This document shows positions 43,126-52,983 of a stretch of 64,000 nt of DNA, in pieces. The translations under genes were made by a program, and so were the position numbers. The notes beneath the pieces are model-generated. The model saw only the letters and a program-made list of their open reading frames with translations, was not told the DNA's origin and ran no database searches. Source of the DNA: Candidatus Saccharimonadales bacterium (GTDB lineage: Bacteria; Patescibacteriota; Saccharimonadia; UBA4664; SCTI01); NCBI GenBank assembly GCA_035479795.1, contig DATIII010000002.1, forward strand, positions 7 through 64,006, given 5' to 3'. Every line of letters begins with the position of its first letter. Positions within the stretch are counted from its first letter, which is position 1.

Positions 43126-45423
43126 ATGGCCAAGAATCTAGTAATAGTTGAGTCACCAGCCAAGGCAGCAACCGTTCAAAAGTTCCTAAATAAGGATACA
43201 TATGAGGTAGCGGCCAGTGTTGGTCATGTCCGTGATTTGCCCAAAAAGGGCATGTCCATCGACATCGATCACGGCTTTGCCCCAACGTACGAAATTAACG
43301 CCGATAAGAAAAAGGTAGTATCGGAGCTCAAGAAGAAGGCCAAAGCAGCTGATCATGTCTGGCTGGCCAGCGATCCCGATCGCGAAGGAGAGGCTATAGC
43401 CTGGCATCTTAGCCAGGCGCTGGCGCTCAAGCCTGATCAAACCAAACGCGTGGTGTTTCGCGAGTTCACTCAATCAGCTGTGAAGTCGGCTATGGACTCG
43501 CCTCGAGCCGTCGATGAGCATCTGGTAGACGCCCAACAAGCCCGGCGAGTACTGGACCGTTTGGTCGGTTATGAGTTATCGCCGATTCTCTGGAAGAAGA
43601 TTCAGACCGGCCTAAGTGCCGGACGCGTGCAATCGGTGGCAGTACGATTGATTGTAGAGCGCGAGCGCGAGATTGAAAATTTTGAAGCCAAATCGTCATT
43701 TAAGGTTATAGGCCTATTTGACGCCGATGGTGCCAGGCTTAAGGCTGAACTGACCAAAAAATTGGCCACCGAAGATGAAGCTCGCAAAGTATTAGAAGCA
43801 CTTGCTAATGACAGTTTTAAAGTAACGGCACTGGATCAAAAGCCGGCCACGCGCAACCCGGCCCCTCCGTTTACCACTTCGACCTTACAGCAGGAGGCCA
43901 GCCGCAAGCTATCATTTAGCGTTCGTCAGACAATGAGCGTAGCCCAAAAACTTTACGAGCAGGGTTTTATTACTTATATGCGTACTGATTCAGTCAATCT
44001 TTCTGCAACGGCTATTAACGCCGCACTGAAGGTTATTGAAAAAGAGTACGGCAAGGAATATGCCAAACAGCGCACCTACACCACCAAAACGGCCGGCGCC
44101 CAGGAGGCCCATGAAGCCATCCGGCCAACCGACTTTAGCCGGCAAACGATTAGTGGCGATCGCAACCAGGAGAGGTTGTACGAGCTAATTTGGAAGCGAG
44201 CGATTGCCACACAGATGGCGGAAGCAAAATTGGAAAAGACGATTGTCACCGTCAGCGGCACACCCAGCGGTAGTGAATTTAAGGCGCAGGCTGAAACCAT
44301 CCAGTTTGATGGATTTCTCAAAGTTTATATGGAGGGCCGCGACGAGGAGGACGAGACCGAAGAAAACTTGCTACCAGCTCTCAAGCCTAGCCAAGACCTG
44401 CCCCTCCTAGAGGCCTCCGCCAAGCAGACCTACGACCGCCCAAAGCCCCGTTACTCGGAAGCTATGCTGGTGCGCAAACTGGAAGAAATGGGCATTGGTC
44501 GGCCGTCTACCTATGCACCCACGATCTCGACCATTCAAGATAGAGGCTATGTTGAAAAAGCCGACATTGAGGGCAAGGAACGCTCCAGCATCGAGCTGAA
44601 ACTGACTGACGGCAAAATCGATCGCCAAGAAGTAACCGAAACTTACGGCGCCGATCGAGCCAAACTGCTACCAACGGCCGTTGCCATGTTGGTTACCGAC
44701 TTTCTTGTTAAGTATTTCCCTAACATTGTCGACTTTGACTTCACGGCGAAGGCCGAGGGGGAGTTCGATGAAATCGCTGATGGTAAGAAGGCTTGGAATG
44801 CTATGATTGCCGAATTTTACGGCCCATTTCATGAAACCGTCGTGGCCGCCGAAGGTGTCAGCCGGCAAGAAGCCTCACAGGCCAGGGAACTGGGTACCGA
44901 CCCCAAAACCGGCAAGCCCGTAATAGCACGTTTGGGTCGATTCGGCCCAATGGTACAACTGGGGCGCGCTGAGGATGAAGAAAAACCAGTTTTTGCAGCT
45001 CTGCCAGCTGGCAAGCAGCTCCATACCGTTACTATGGAGGAGGCCATGGAGTTGCTGAGCCTGCCGCGGCTGGTCGGCCAGACTGAAGACGGCCAGGATA
45101 TCCAAGCCAACTTCGGCCGCTTTGGCCCTTATATTAAGGTCGGCACCACCTTTGTCTCAATTAAACCGGATGACCCCTTTAATATCACTCTCGAACGAGC
45201 TCGAGAACTGTGGACGGAAAAGCAATCAGCCGATGCTGCCAAAAACATCAATGAATTTCCTGGTGGAGTGAAGGTGCTTAATGGGCGGTTTGGGCCCTAT
45301 GTTACTGACGGCAAGAAGAATGCTAAAATTCCTAAAGGAACTGACCCTGCCAGCATTTCTGAGCAAGAAGCCAAGGCTTTACTGACGGCCGCAAAGCCAG
45401 CCAGACCCCGGCGGCGACGTTAA
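43126..45423 (+). CDS. topA: DNA topoisomerase I
   Basis: Toprim N-terminus LVIVESPAKA. Active-site region. C-terminal repeats with RFGPY motifs. Lys/Arg tail. Confidence 0.9.
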   Translation: MAKNLVIVESPAKAATVQKFLNKDTYEVAASVGHVRDLPKKGMSIDIDHGFAPTYEINADKKKVVSELKKKAKAADHVWLASDPDREGEAIAWHLSQALALKPDQTKRVVFREFTQSAVKSAMDSPRAVDEHLVDAQQARRVLDRLVGYELSPILWKKIQTGLSAGRVQSVAVRLIVEREREIENFEAKSSFKVIGLFDADGARLKAELTKKLATEDEARKVLEALANDSFKVTALDQKPATRNPAPPFTTSTLQQEASRKLSFSVRQTMSVAQKLYEQGFITYMRTDSVNLSATAINAALKVIEKEYGKEYAKQRTYTTKTAGAQEAHEAIRPTDFSRQTISGDRNQERLYELIWKRAIATQMAEAKLEKTIVTVSGTPSGSEFKAQAETIQFDGFLKVYMEGRDEEDETEENLLPALKPSQDLPLLEASAKQTYDRPKPRYSEAMLVRKLEEMGIGRPSTYAPTISTIQDRGYVEKADIEGKERSSIELKLTDGKIDRQEVTETYGADRAKLLPTAVAMLVTDFLVKYFPNIVDFDFTAKAEGEFDEIADGKKAWNAMIAEFYGPFHETVVAAEGVSRQEASQARELGTDPKTGKPVIARLGRFGPMVQLGRAEDEEKPVFAALPAGKQLHTVTMEEAMELLSLPRLVGQTEDGQDIQANFGRFGPYIKVGTTFVSIKPDDPFNITLERARELWTEKQSADAAKNINEFPGGVKVLNGRFGPYVTDGKKNAKIPKGTDPASISEQEAKALLTAAKPARPRRRR

Positions 45424-45556
45424 TTCCTATCTTGTAAATCTGTACAATTGGTTGTACGCTAATTTGTGAAATCGTCTAAAGTCTGGTTGTTACAAGCTAG
45501 TCTTGTTGACCGAAAACTAATGTAATTACTAGAGGCGAGGAGTCGTTAGAAAAACT

Positions 45557-47890
45557 ATGGCAAAGCGACGCAAAAAAAAGCGGTCATTCTATAAAACGCG
45601 AAAGCCAGCGGTCGTTTTGGCAAGCCCTGAAATTATGCTACACATCCCGGCTGTTGTCCCCACGGGATGGGCCCTTATTAAATATGATGCCCCGGCCGTA
45701 ATACACGACATCGCCGAGCAGATCCGGCGAATACAACGAGCGCTTTGGAGTGTGCCCGCCAAGGCCGTTTATTACCTCGGTGCCATAACGGTCGGATTTG
45801 GCACCTTAGGGTTTGGAGCCGTAACCGCCTATGATACCCTCCAGCACTACGGACCAACTCTTAATAATCCAGCGGTAATAATGAATACCAAAAACACCGG
45901 CACGACCATTCTCGATCGCAATGGTGAGGTTTTATATCAGGGCTATGGAGCCGTCTTGCGTCACAATATACCGTACGAGGAAATGCCGACCAGTCTGAAG
46001 CAAGCCACCCTGGCGGCCGAAGATCCTGATTTTTACAAGCACCAGGGGTTCTCCTGGAAGGGAACGGCCCGAGCAGTCTACCAGGATGCTATTCATACCG
46101 GGAAGATCCAGGGCGGTTCGACCATTACCCAGCAGCTCGTCAAAAATACTCTGTTGTCATCCGAGAAGTCGTTTACGCGCAAGTACAAAGAAATCATTTT
46201 GTCGATACAGCTAGAGCACAATTACAGCAAAGACCAGATAATGCAGATGTATCTAAATACCATTTATTTCGGCCAAGGTGCCTATGGGGTAGAGTCGGCG
46301 GCTGAAACCTACTTCCATAAGTCACCCAAAAATTTAACTCTAGAAGAGAGCGCCCTCCTAGCGGGCCTACCGCAAAGTCCCAGTGTTTATGATCCGAACA
46401 TAAACCCTGATGGTGCCTTGGAAAGACGGAATTATGTGCTGCAGCGGATGCAAGAGCTTGGCTATATTTCTCCTCAGACAGCCAAAATAGCGGTAACCAG
46501 TGCCGTCCAAGCCGGGATTCGTGACTACACCATCAAAGCCCCTCATTTTGTTTTTTATGTACTGGACCAGCTGCGCAGCCAGTACGGATCGGAGATGGTC
46601 GAAAAGGGCGGTATTGTGGTCCACACTTCGCTGGACTATGCCAAGCAGCAGAAGGCCGAGGAGATAGTTAAAACCCAGGTCACGAAGCTAGCCGGGCATC
46701 ATGCCACCAACGGTGGGCTCGTATCGATTGATACCCATAATGGTGACATCCTGGCAATGGTCGGCAGTGCCAACTACGACAACCCCAACTTTGGGGCCGT
46801 CAATGTGACTTTGGCCCAATTGCAGCCAGGATCAAGCTTCAAACCCATCGCCTACGTAACGGCCTTTGCAAAGGGTTGGAATGGTGCAACTAAGGTGGAT
46901 GACAAACCAATCAAGCTGCCCCAGGGTGACGGTACGATTTATGCGCCCCAAAACTACGACCAGAAGTTCCGCGGGCCAGTAACTCTGCGCCGAGCACTGG
47001 CTAACTCACTCAATATCCCGGCCGTCGAAGTTCTTCAATATGCTGGGATTCACGACACGATTAACACTGCCCACGCGCTCGGTATTCAGGCTCCCAGCCT
47101 GACCGACGAAAGCCGGTATGGGATGAGCTTGGTGCTGGGGGGTGGGGAGGTCCGGCCGATCGATATGGCAGGAGTTTATGCCACCTTTGCTAACAAAGGG
47201 GTTTCGGTTCAACCGCGAGCCATTACCCGAGTTGAAGATCGATTTGGTAACAACATTACTCAGCCAAGGCATCAAAAGGCCAATCAAGCCGTTGATGGTC
47301 GGCTGGCCTACATGATTACTAATATTTTAAGCGACAATGGCGCCAGAACTGAAGAATTTGGGGCTAATTCACCCCTGAAGCTGAGCCGTCCAGCAGCCGC
47401 CAAGACGGGTACCACCAATGACTTTCGGGACAACTGGACTGTGGGTTACACGCCAGATATAGCCACAGCCGTCTGGGTAGGTAATAATGACCACACGCCT
47501 ATGCAGAATGTGGACGGCATTACTGGCGCCGCTCCAATTTGGCATGATTATATGGAAATGGCTCTCGCCGGTACTCCAGTAAATAACTTTGCTATACCAT
47601 CCGGCTTAGTCACGGCCAAGGTCTGTGCCACCGACGGCGGACTAGTCGACGACAACGATACTAAAGGCGTAACAGAAGTCTTCCTGGCTGAGGCTAAACC
47701 AACCCAGCACTGTGGCTGGTCCAGCCCGAAGCCCAAGCCAGTTTTGGTTCAGGCCGAAACACCGGCCGCTGCGCCGGCCCAAGTGGCGTCTGCGCCCGAG
47801 GAGGGGGGGAGAGGTGGAGGTGATCCGAGCCAGGATCAAAATCCTCCTACCCCGAATCCAGGGAATGTTCCGACGCCCCGAAAACCCTAA
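45557..47890 (+). CDS. Bifunctional class A penicillin-binding protein (PBP1A: GT51 transglycosylase + transpeptidase)
   Basis: GT motif EDPDFYKHQGF. TP motifs SSFKP, SLN and KTGT. N-terminal transmembrane segment. Pro-rich C-terminus. Confidence 0.85.
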   Translation: MAKRRKKKRSFYKTRKPAVVLASPEIMLHIPAVVPTGWALIKYDAPAVIHDIAEQIRRIQRALWSVPAKAVYYLGAITVGFGTLGFGAVTAYDTLQHYGPTLNNPAVIMNTKNTGTTILDRNGEVLYQGYGAVLRHNIPYEEMPTSLKQATLAAEDPDFYKHQGFSWKGTARAVYQDAIHTGKIQGGSTITQQLVKNTLLSSEKSFTRKYKEIILSIQLEHNYSKDQIMQMYLNTIYFGQGAYGVESAAETYFHKSPKNLTLEESALLAGLPQSPSVYDPNINPDGALERRNYVLQRMQELGYISPQTAKIAVTSAVQAGIRDYTIKAPHFVFYVLDQLRSQYGSEMVEKGGIVVHTSLDYAKQQKAEEIVKTQVTKLAGHHATNGGLVSIDTHNGDILAMVGSANYDNPNFGAVNVTLAQLQPGSSFKPIAYVTAFAKGWNGATKVDDKPIKLPQGDGTIYAPQNYDQKFRGPVTLRRALANSLNIPAVEVLQYAGIHDTINTAHALGIQAPSLTDESRYGMSLVLGGGEVRPIDMAGVYATFANKGVSVQPRAITRVEDRFGNNITQPRHQKANQAVDGRLAYMITNILSDNGARTEEFGANSPLKLSRPAAAKTGTTNDFRDNWTVGYTPDIATAVWVGNNDHTPMQNVDGITGAAPIWHDYMEMALAGTPVNNFAIPSGLVTAKVCATDGGLVDDNDTKGVTEVFLAEAKPTQHCGWSSPKPKPVLVQAETPAAAPAQVASAPEEGGRGGGDPSQDQNPPTPNPGNVPTPRKP

Positions 47891-47962
47891 ACAATCATTT
47901 ACTTTACCTCAATCCTGGATTCCGTGTTCTTAAATCCCCAAATCCTGCTCCTAAATCCTTAA

Positions 47963-47991
47963 TTGACACCTTTTGGGACATATTTTATAAT
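47963..47991 (+). promoter_or_regulatory. Perfect consensus sigma70 promoter TTGACA-17-TATAAT giving an essentially leaderless GTG start at 48001
   Basis: TTGACA at 47963-47968, TATAAT at 47986-47991. Preceded by the palindrome AATCCtGGATT (47911-47921) and three AAATCC repeats (47932-47958). Confidence 0.6.
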
Positions 47992-48000
47992 GTATCTAAC

Positions 48001-49032
48001 GTGGAAACCGATACACTCACAGCCGGGAAGGCAATTGATTATCGAAAAACCGCCGAGGCTATCCTCAGCGTCCTCAAGCAGGAACGCGATCGCGAGATAG
48101 TAGCCCGGCGTTTTGGGCTGGGAATTGACCGCCGCCACACTCTCGAGAAGATTGGTCAAGCCTTCGGTATTACCAGAGAACGAGTCCGTCAGATTGAAAA
48201 ATCGGCGACCGCCAAACTGATGGCTAGCCAGCACCAGCATATTAAGGACGTGGATGCCATTCTTAGTCAGCACCTGGCTCGAGTCGGGCACATTGCCCCC
48301 TTACGCGAGGTCACCGAGGCCATTGGAGCCAAAACTCCAGCCGAACGAGCCTATGTGACCTTCCTAGCCACTCTGGCGCCGTCGATCGAGGTAATTGATG
48401 AAAATGATTACTTCCATGCAGCCATCGCCAGTCTTCCCCAGTTTGACCGTATGAAGCTGTCCATCGCCACTAGTAAAATTAAGGCCCAGCTCGACAAACA
48501 TGGTCAGCCGGAAAGCCTGGCCCGGCTACATAAACTAACAACTCCTGATCTGCCCCGAGAATCAGTCGAAAACATTGCCAAGATTTCGAAGACGCTGGCT
48601 GAGCTTGATGGGAAGTGGGGACTGGTTCATTGGCCTCAAGTTAATCCTCGGTCAATTCGCGACAAGACCTTCTTGATTTTAAACAAGCATAATCAGCCCA
48701 TGCACTTCACCGACATTGCCGGCCGCATTACTGATCTGGGACAGCGCCGGCGCGAAGTAACTGTTCAGGCGGTTCACAACGAACTAATCAAAGACCCTCG
48801 GTTTGTACTGGTAGGGCGGGGGATTTATGCCCTCAGCGACTGGGGCTACACTCCCGGAACTGTGGCCGACATTATCACCGAAGTCCTGAAGCAGCAGTCA
48901 CCATTACATAAAGATGAGATCGTAAAACGAGTGCTGCAGAAGCGCCAGGTGAAAACCACCACCATCGTCTTAAACTTACAAGAAAAAGACCAGTTTGTGC
49001 GGGTGGCGAAGGCTACCTACGGTTTGAGGTAA
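48001..49032 (+). CDS. DNA-binding protein with an N-terminal sigma-70 region-4-like HTH and a C-terminal HARE-HTH / RpoE-delta-like winged helix
   Basis: EIVARRFGL...TLEKIGQAFGITRERVRQIEKSA matches sigma70 region 4. C-terminus FVLVGRGIYALSDWGY matches the HARE-HTH signature. Confidence 0.6.
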   Translation: METDTLTAGKAIDYRKTAEAILSVLKQERDREIVARRFGLGIDRRHTLEKIGQAFGITRERVRQIEKSATAKLMASQHQHIKDVDAILSQHLARVGHIAPLREVTEAIGAKTPAERAYVTFLATLAPSIEVIDENDYFHAAIASLPQFDRMKLSIATSKIKAQLDKHGQPESLARLHKLTTPDLPRESVENIAKISKTLAELDGKWGLVHWPQVNPRSIRDKTFLILNKHNQPMHFTDIAGRITDLGQRRREVTVQAVHNELIKDPRFVLVGRGIYALSDWGYTPGTVADIITEVLKQQSPLHKDEIVKRVLQKRQVKTTTIVLNLQEKDQFVRVAKATYGLR

Positions 49033-49033
49033 C

Positions 49034-51736
49034 ATGGGCGTACTCGGAGGGATTGTTTCAGCCATTCTGCAAATCCTCGGCATCATGCTGTTTAAACTTT
49101 ACGGCTGGGTGGTTATTGTCGCTATCTTGGGATACCTAATCTGGCAGAATCGCCGCCGCGAGCAGTGGGTCACCCAGACCGATCATATCCTGCTGCTAGT
49201 AGAAGTCCCTAAAGATAATGAAAAAAAGGAACTGTCGGCCGAGCAAATGTTTGCCAGCCTTCACGGCATCTTACGGCCGAAGTCTGAGCTGCGCCGCGAG
49301 GGTTCGCTCCAGGAGCACATCAGCTTGGAACTGGCGGCCCGTGACAATCAAATCCAGTTTTATGTTTGGACACCCAAGCACCTGAAGGATTTTGTGGAAG
49401 GCCAGATTTACGCTCAGTATCCATCGGTGCGTATCCGAGAGGGGGTGGAAGACTACACCACGATCGAAAAGGGGGCGCGGGAAGTTTACACGACCGAGCT
49501 ATCTCTCACTAAGGACGACGTATTGCCGATCAAAACCTTCCAGACCTTTGAAGTCGACCCGTTGGCCGGTATTACCGCCGTCTTGGCCAAGCTCGAGGAG
49601 ACAGGCGAGGAAATGTGGATTCAAATCCTGGCGCGACCAATTGACGATTCCTGGCAAGATGATGGGCATAAGTACATTGAAGACATTAAAAATGGCCGGA
49701 CGCCCCATTTTCGCCGAGCCTTGCTTGATCAACTGATTGCCATACCTCTACATGTCGTAGCTAATTTTGTAACAGCCTTGGCATCGCCGCCGGAGTCGGC
49801 GGACAAGAAGGGCGGGGAAGTTAAACTCTCAACCGGACAGCAAGCCGTCATAAAGGCGGTGGAGAGCAAGGTAGCCAAGCTGGGTTATCAGGTTAAAATT
49901 CGGATTACTTATCTTGGGAGTGACGCCGATCGAGCTAAACAACGGGTTCAAGCCATTGTGGGCGGTTTTAAGCAGTTTAATACCACCAGTCTCAATGGCT
50001 TTACAACTAGGCACAGTCTGGTAGGGGACGCCGGGCTAGCAGAATATCAGGCCCGGCTATTCATGGGCGAAGGGTCGACCTTAAATATTGAAGAGCTGGC
50101 CAGTGTTTACCACCTACCGCACAAGAGCGTCGAAACTCCCAATATGGTATGGACCACCGTTAAAACCTCCGAGCCGCCGTCTAGTCTACCAGCCGAAGGG
50201 GCGGTCGCGCCCGAAGACGTCAGCTTGTTTGGTCAAACCAACTTCCGCGGGCATCAAATTAAGTTCGGCATTAAGCGTCGCGACCGTGACCGTCATATGT
50301 ACATCATCGGCCAAACCGGTACGGGTAAGTCGAAGCTATTAAACCTCCTGACCCTGTCTGACATCTATCACGACATCGGATTGGCGATTGTCGACCCGCA
50401 CGGCGACTTCGCCACAGATATGCTGCAGTATATACCCGAGCATCGGCTAAAAGATGTGATCTACTTTAACCCGACCGACCGCGACTTTCCGATCGCCTTT
50501 AACCCCCTTGAGGTCTACGATCCGGCCTTTAAAAACGATATTAGTTCGGAAATGATTGGCGTCTTAAAGCGGATGTTCGACTCCTGGGGGCCCAGATTGG
50601 AGTACATTCTGCGATACACCATCTTGGCGCTGCTCGATTATCCGGATTCGACCATGCTAGGGATTACCCGCATGCTGACCGAAAAGGAATTCCGTAAAAA
50701 GGTGATCCGCGAGATCAAAGATCCGGTGGTGAAGAATTTCTGGGTTAACGAATTTGCTAGTTGGAATGATAAATTTGCCAACGAAGCAGTGGCCCCGGTG
50801 CTGAACAAGGTCGGTGCTTTTACCGCTAACCCGCTGATCCGTAATATCATTGGCCAGCCCAAGAGCAAGTTGGATCTACGGGGCATAATGGACGAAGGCA
50901 AGATCCTAATTGTTAACCTCAGCCGCGGCCAGATTGGCGAGGATAATGCCAGTATCCTGGGCGCTCTAATGGTCACTAAGATTCAGCTAGCCGCCATGAG
51001 CCGAGCTAACATCCCGCTCGAGCAGCGCCGGCCATTCTATCTATATGTCGACGAGTTCCAAAACTTTGCTACCGATTCGTTCGCGACCATTCTGTCCGAG
51101 GCCCGCAAATACCAACTAAATCTGACCGTCGCTAACCAGTATATTGCCCAGATGCCCGAACAGGTGAGAGACGCCGTGTTTGGCAACGTTGGGACCATGG
51201 TAAGCTTCCGTGTGGGCGCGGGCGACGGGCAAGTGATTGGTAAATACTTTACTCCAGCCTTCGAGCCTGAAGATCTCATAAAGTTAAATAATCAGCATAT
51301 TGTACTCGACATGACTATTGACGGCGAAAAGAACATCCCGTTCTCGGCTACCACTCTGCGCATGCCGGAGCCAGAGCGTAACTACACACCCGAAATGATC
51401 GCTTACACACGCAGCCACTACGCCAGTGCCAGGGGCGATGTAGAGCGCGAAATCTCGGAGTGGACACTTGGTCAAAGCGCTGCCGAAAAGGCCACTGATG
51501 AGCAAGCCACTCCCGAAGAACAAAAACCGAACACGTTTTTAGGCAATCTCAAAAATCCCAATCCGCCAGCAGCCAGCCACTCAAGCCACGGAAATTCTAA
51601 TCGAAACCGTAATCGAAATCGGAAATCAACAGGTGGCCAAACCAGAGAAAGCCAGCACAGAGGCCAACAGGAGTCTCGATCTGGTGAACGGGAAAGGGCG
51701 TCTGTTGGCGCTCAAAACAGCCAAAAACAGGATTAA
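49034..51736 (+). CDS. Membrane-anchored P-loop ATPase of the FtsK/HerA-TraD/VirD4 (T4SS coupling-protein-like, AAA_10/DUF87) class with an Arg/Asn/Gln-rich tail
   Basis: N-terminal transmembrane helices. Walker A IIGQTGTGKSK followed by IVDPHGDF. Walker B-like LYVDEFQNF. 900 aa. Confidence 0.55.
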   Translation: MGVLGGIVSAILQILGIMLFKLYGWVVIVAILGYLIWQNRRREQWVTQTDHILLLVEVPKDNEKKELSAEQMFASLHGILRPKSELRREGSLQEHISLELAARDNQIQFYVWTPKHLKDFVEGQIYAQYPSVRIREGVEDYTTIEKGAREVYTTELSLTKDDVLPIKTFQTFEVDPLAGITAVLAKLEETGEEMWIQILARPIDDSWQDDGHKYIEDIKNGRTPHFRRALLDQLIAIPLHVVANFVTALASPPESADKKGGEVKLSTGQQAVIKAVESKVAKLGYQVKIRITYLGSDADRAKQRVQAIVGGFKQFNTTSLNGFTTRHSLVGDAGLAEYQARLFMGEGSTLNIEELASVYHLPHKSVETPNMVWTTVKTSEPPSSLPAEGAVAPEDVSLFGQTNFRGHQIKFGIKRRDRDRHMYIIGQTGTGKSKLLNLLTLSDIYHDIGLAIVDPHGDFATDMLQYIPEHRLKDVIYFNPTDRDFPIAFNPLEVYDPAFKNDISSEMIGVLKRMFDSWGPRLEYILRYTILALLDYPDSTMLGITRMLTEKEFRKKVIREIKDPVVKNFWVNEFASWNDKFANEAVAPVLNKVGAFTANPLIRNIIGQPKSKLDLRGIMDEGKILIVNLSRGQIGEDNASILGALMVTKIQLAAMSRANIPLEQRRPFYLYVDEFQNFATDSFATILSEARKYQLNLTVANQYIAQMPEQVRDAVFGNVGTMVSFRVGAGDGQVIGKYFTPAFEPEDLIKLNNQHIVLDMTIDGEKNIPFSATTLRMPEPERNYTPEMIAYTRSHYASARGDVEREISEWTLGQSAAEKATDEQATPEEQKPNTFLGNLKNPNPPAASHSSHGNSNRNRNRNRKSTGGQTRESQHRGQQESRSGERERASVGAQNSQKQD

Positions 51737-52176
51737 ATACATAGGCAGTAGTAGCGGATAGTCGGCGCAGGGAAGAGCAGGAAATAATTCTCGCCACCGA
51801 CATGATATTAGACCGGGCGAGCGTGAAGTAATGAAGAATGAAGCAATGTGTGATAGCGTCGCACAATGTATATTTTGCGACATACATCTATCTGTGAAAC
51901 CGGTGTATGGTTGAACCTTGAAAGATAGCAGCTAACAGGTATAAATGCCTTTATGGAGCTATTATTCTCTCTGCTAATGGGATGTAATGCCATTAACGGC
52001 CCTATTGTAAAAACTACATTCACTTGGGTGTTCGGTTAATATTCAGCGGGTCTCTACTCCACCCTACCCTGTTACTGCTAATGTTTATTAACAATGATTT
52101 ATTTACCGCCAACAACGTACTAACTACGCCGGTGAACGAAAACCGAACATGGGGGAGAGAAGAGAGTTATCCTCTT

Positions 52177-52983
52177 TTATTTATAGTAGGCTTTGTGCTC
52201 GACCCGAAGATCAATATACTCACTAGGCGACTTCCTGCTTCGTGCTAACTCGCTCATCACGGCTGCTAAGTCCCCCAGTTCCTCCCCCGCCGGGCGAGTG
52301 GTATCCACCTTTAGTAAAAATCCTTTATCAGTTTTTACATAAAGCTCACTAGTGCTTTGGCTGACCGACGATTCCCCTGCCTTCAAACCAGTCTTAGTCG
52401 TCAATCCATTTAAAAACTCGTTGCAGAATGACACGAAGGCAGAAGATACGGCGGATTTACCCGGTTTTACCGGTACGTTACTAGCGTCGATGACCACCGG
52501 TAACCTGGAATAAATGCCCTTAGTCGGTGCGATGACCGTGCCATCAACATCTAAAAGATAGGTAGTGTCGCCAGTTCTCCAATTTAGTCCAGGCTGTCGC
52601 TCAACCACCTTTATCTTTAGTCTTCCTGGTAGTGATCTCTCAATAGCGACATCTTTTAGAGCTGGCTCGGCCTGTTCGAGATAGTTAGCCAAGGTCCCCG
52701 TGTCCGCCAGAACAGTATTACGACCAAAGATTTGTTTATGAAGCCCGTCATTCGCAAGAGCAGTCACCCGTTCTTTGGGAAGGGCCGTATTTCCCGAAAC
52801 ACTGATCGACTTTAGGGCTGTCCACCGAGATATAACGACCAACAAGACAAGGATGGCTACACCGACACCTGCTAGCCGGATCCATGATGATGGAATACTA
52901 ATATCACGACGGGGCTTTGATCGACGCGGTGGCCGTCGATCAAAGTTGGGTCGACCAACTCGGTTGACTTGGCGTGGTGGCAT
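52177..52983 (-). CDS. ftsQ: Cell division protein FtsQ/DivIB-like (POTRA domain)
   Basis: Single transmembrane segment followed by a POTRA-like region ISVSGNTALPKERV. Located after murG in the dcw order. ATG overlaps the murG stop (TAATG). Confidence 0.6.
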   Translation of the reverse strand: MPPRQVNRVGRPNFDRRPPRRSKPRRDISIPSSWIRLAGVGVAILVLLVVISRWTALKSISVSGNTALPKERVTALANDGLHKQIFGRNTVLADTGTLANYLEQAEPALKDVAIERSLPGRLKIKVVERQPGLNWRTGDTTYLLDVDGTVIAPTKGIYSRLPVVIDASNVPVKPGKSAVSSAFVSFCNEFLNGLTTKTGLKAGESSVSQSTSELYVKTDKGFLLKVDTTRPAGEELGDLAAVMSELARSRKSPSEYIDLRVEHKAYYK

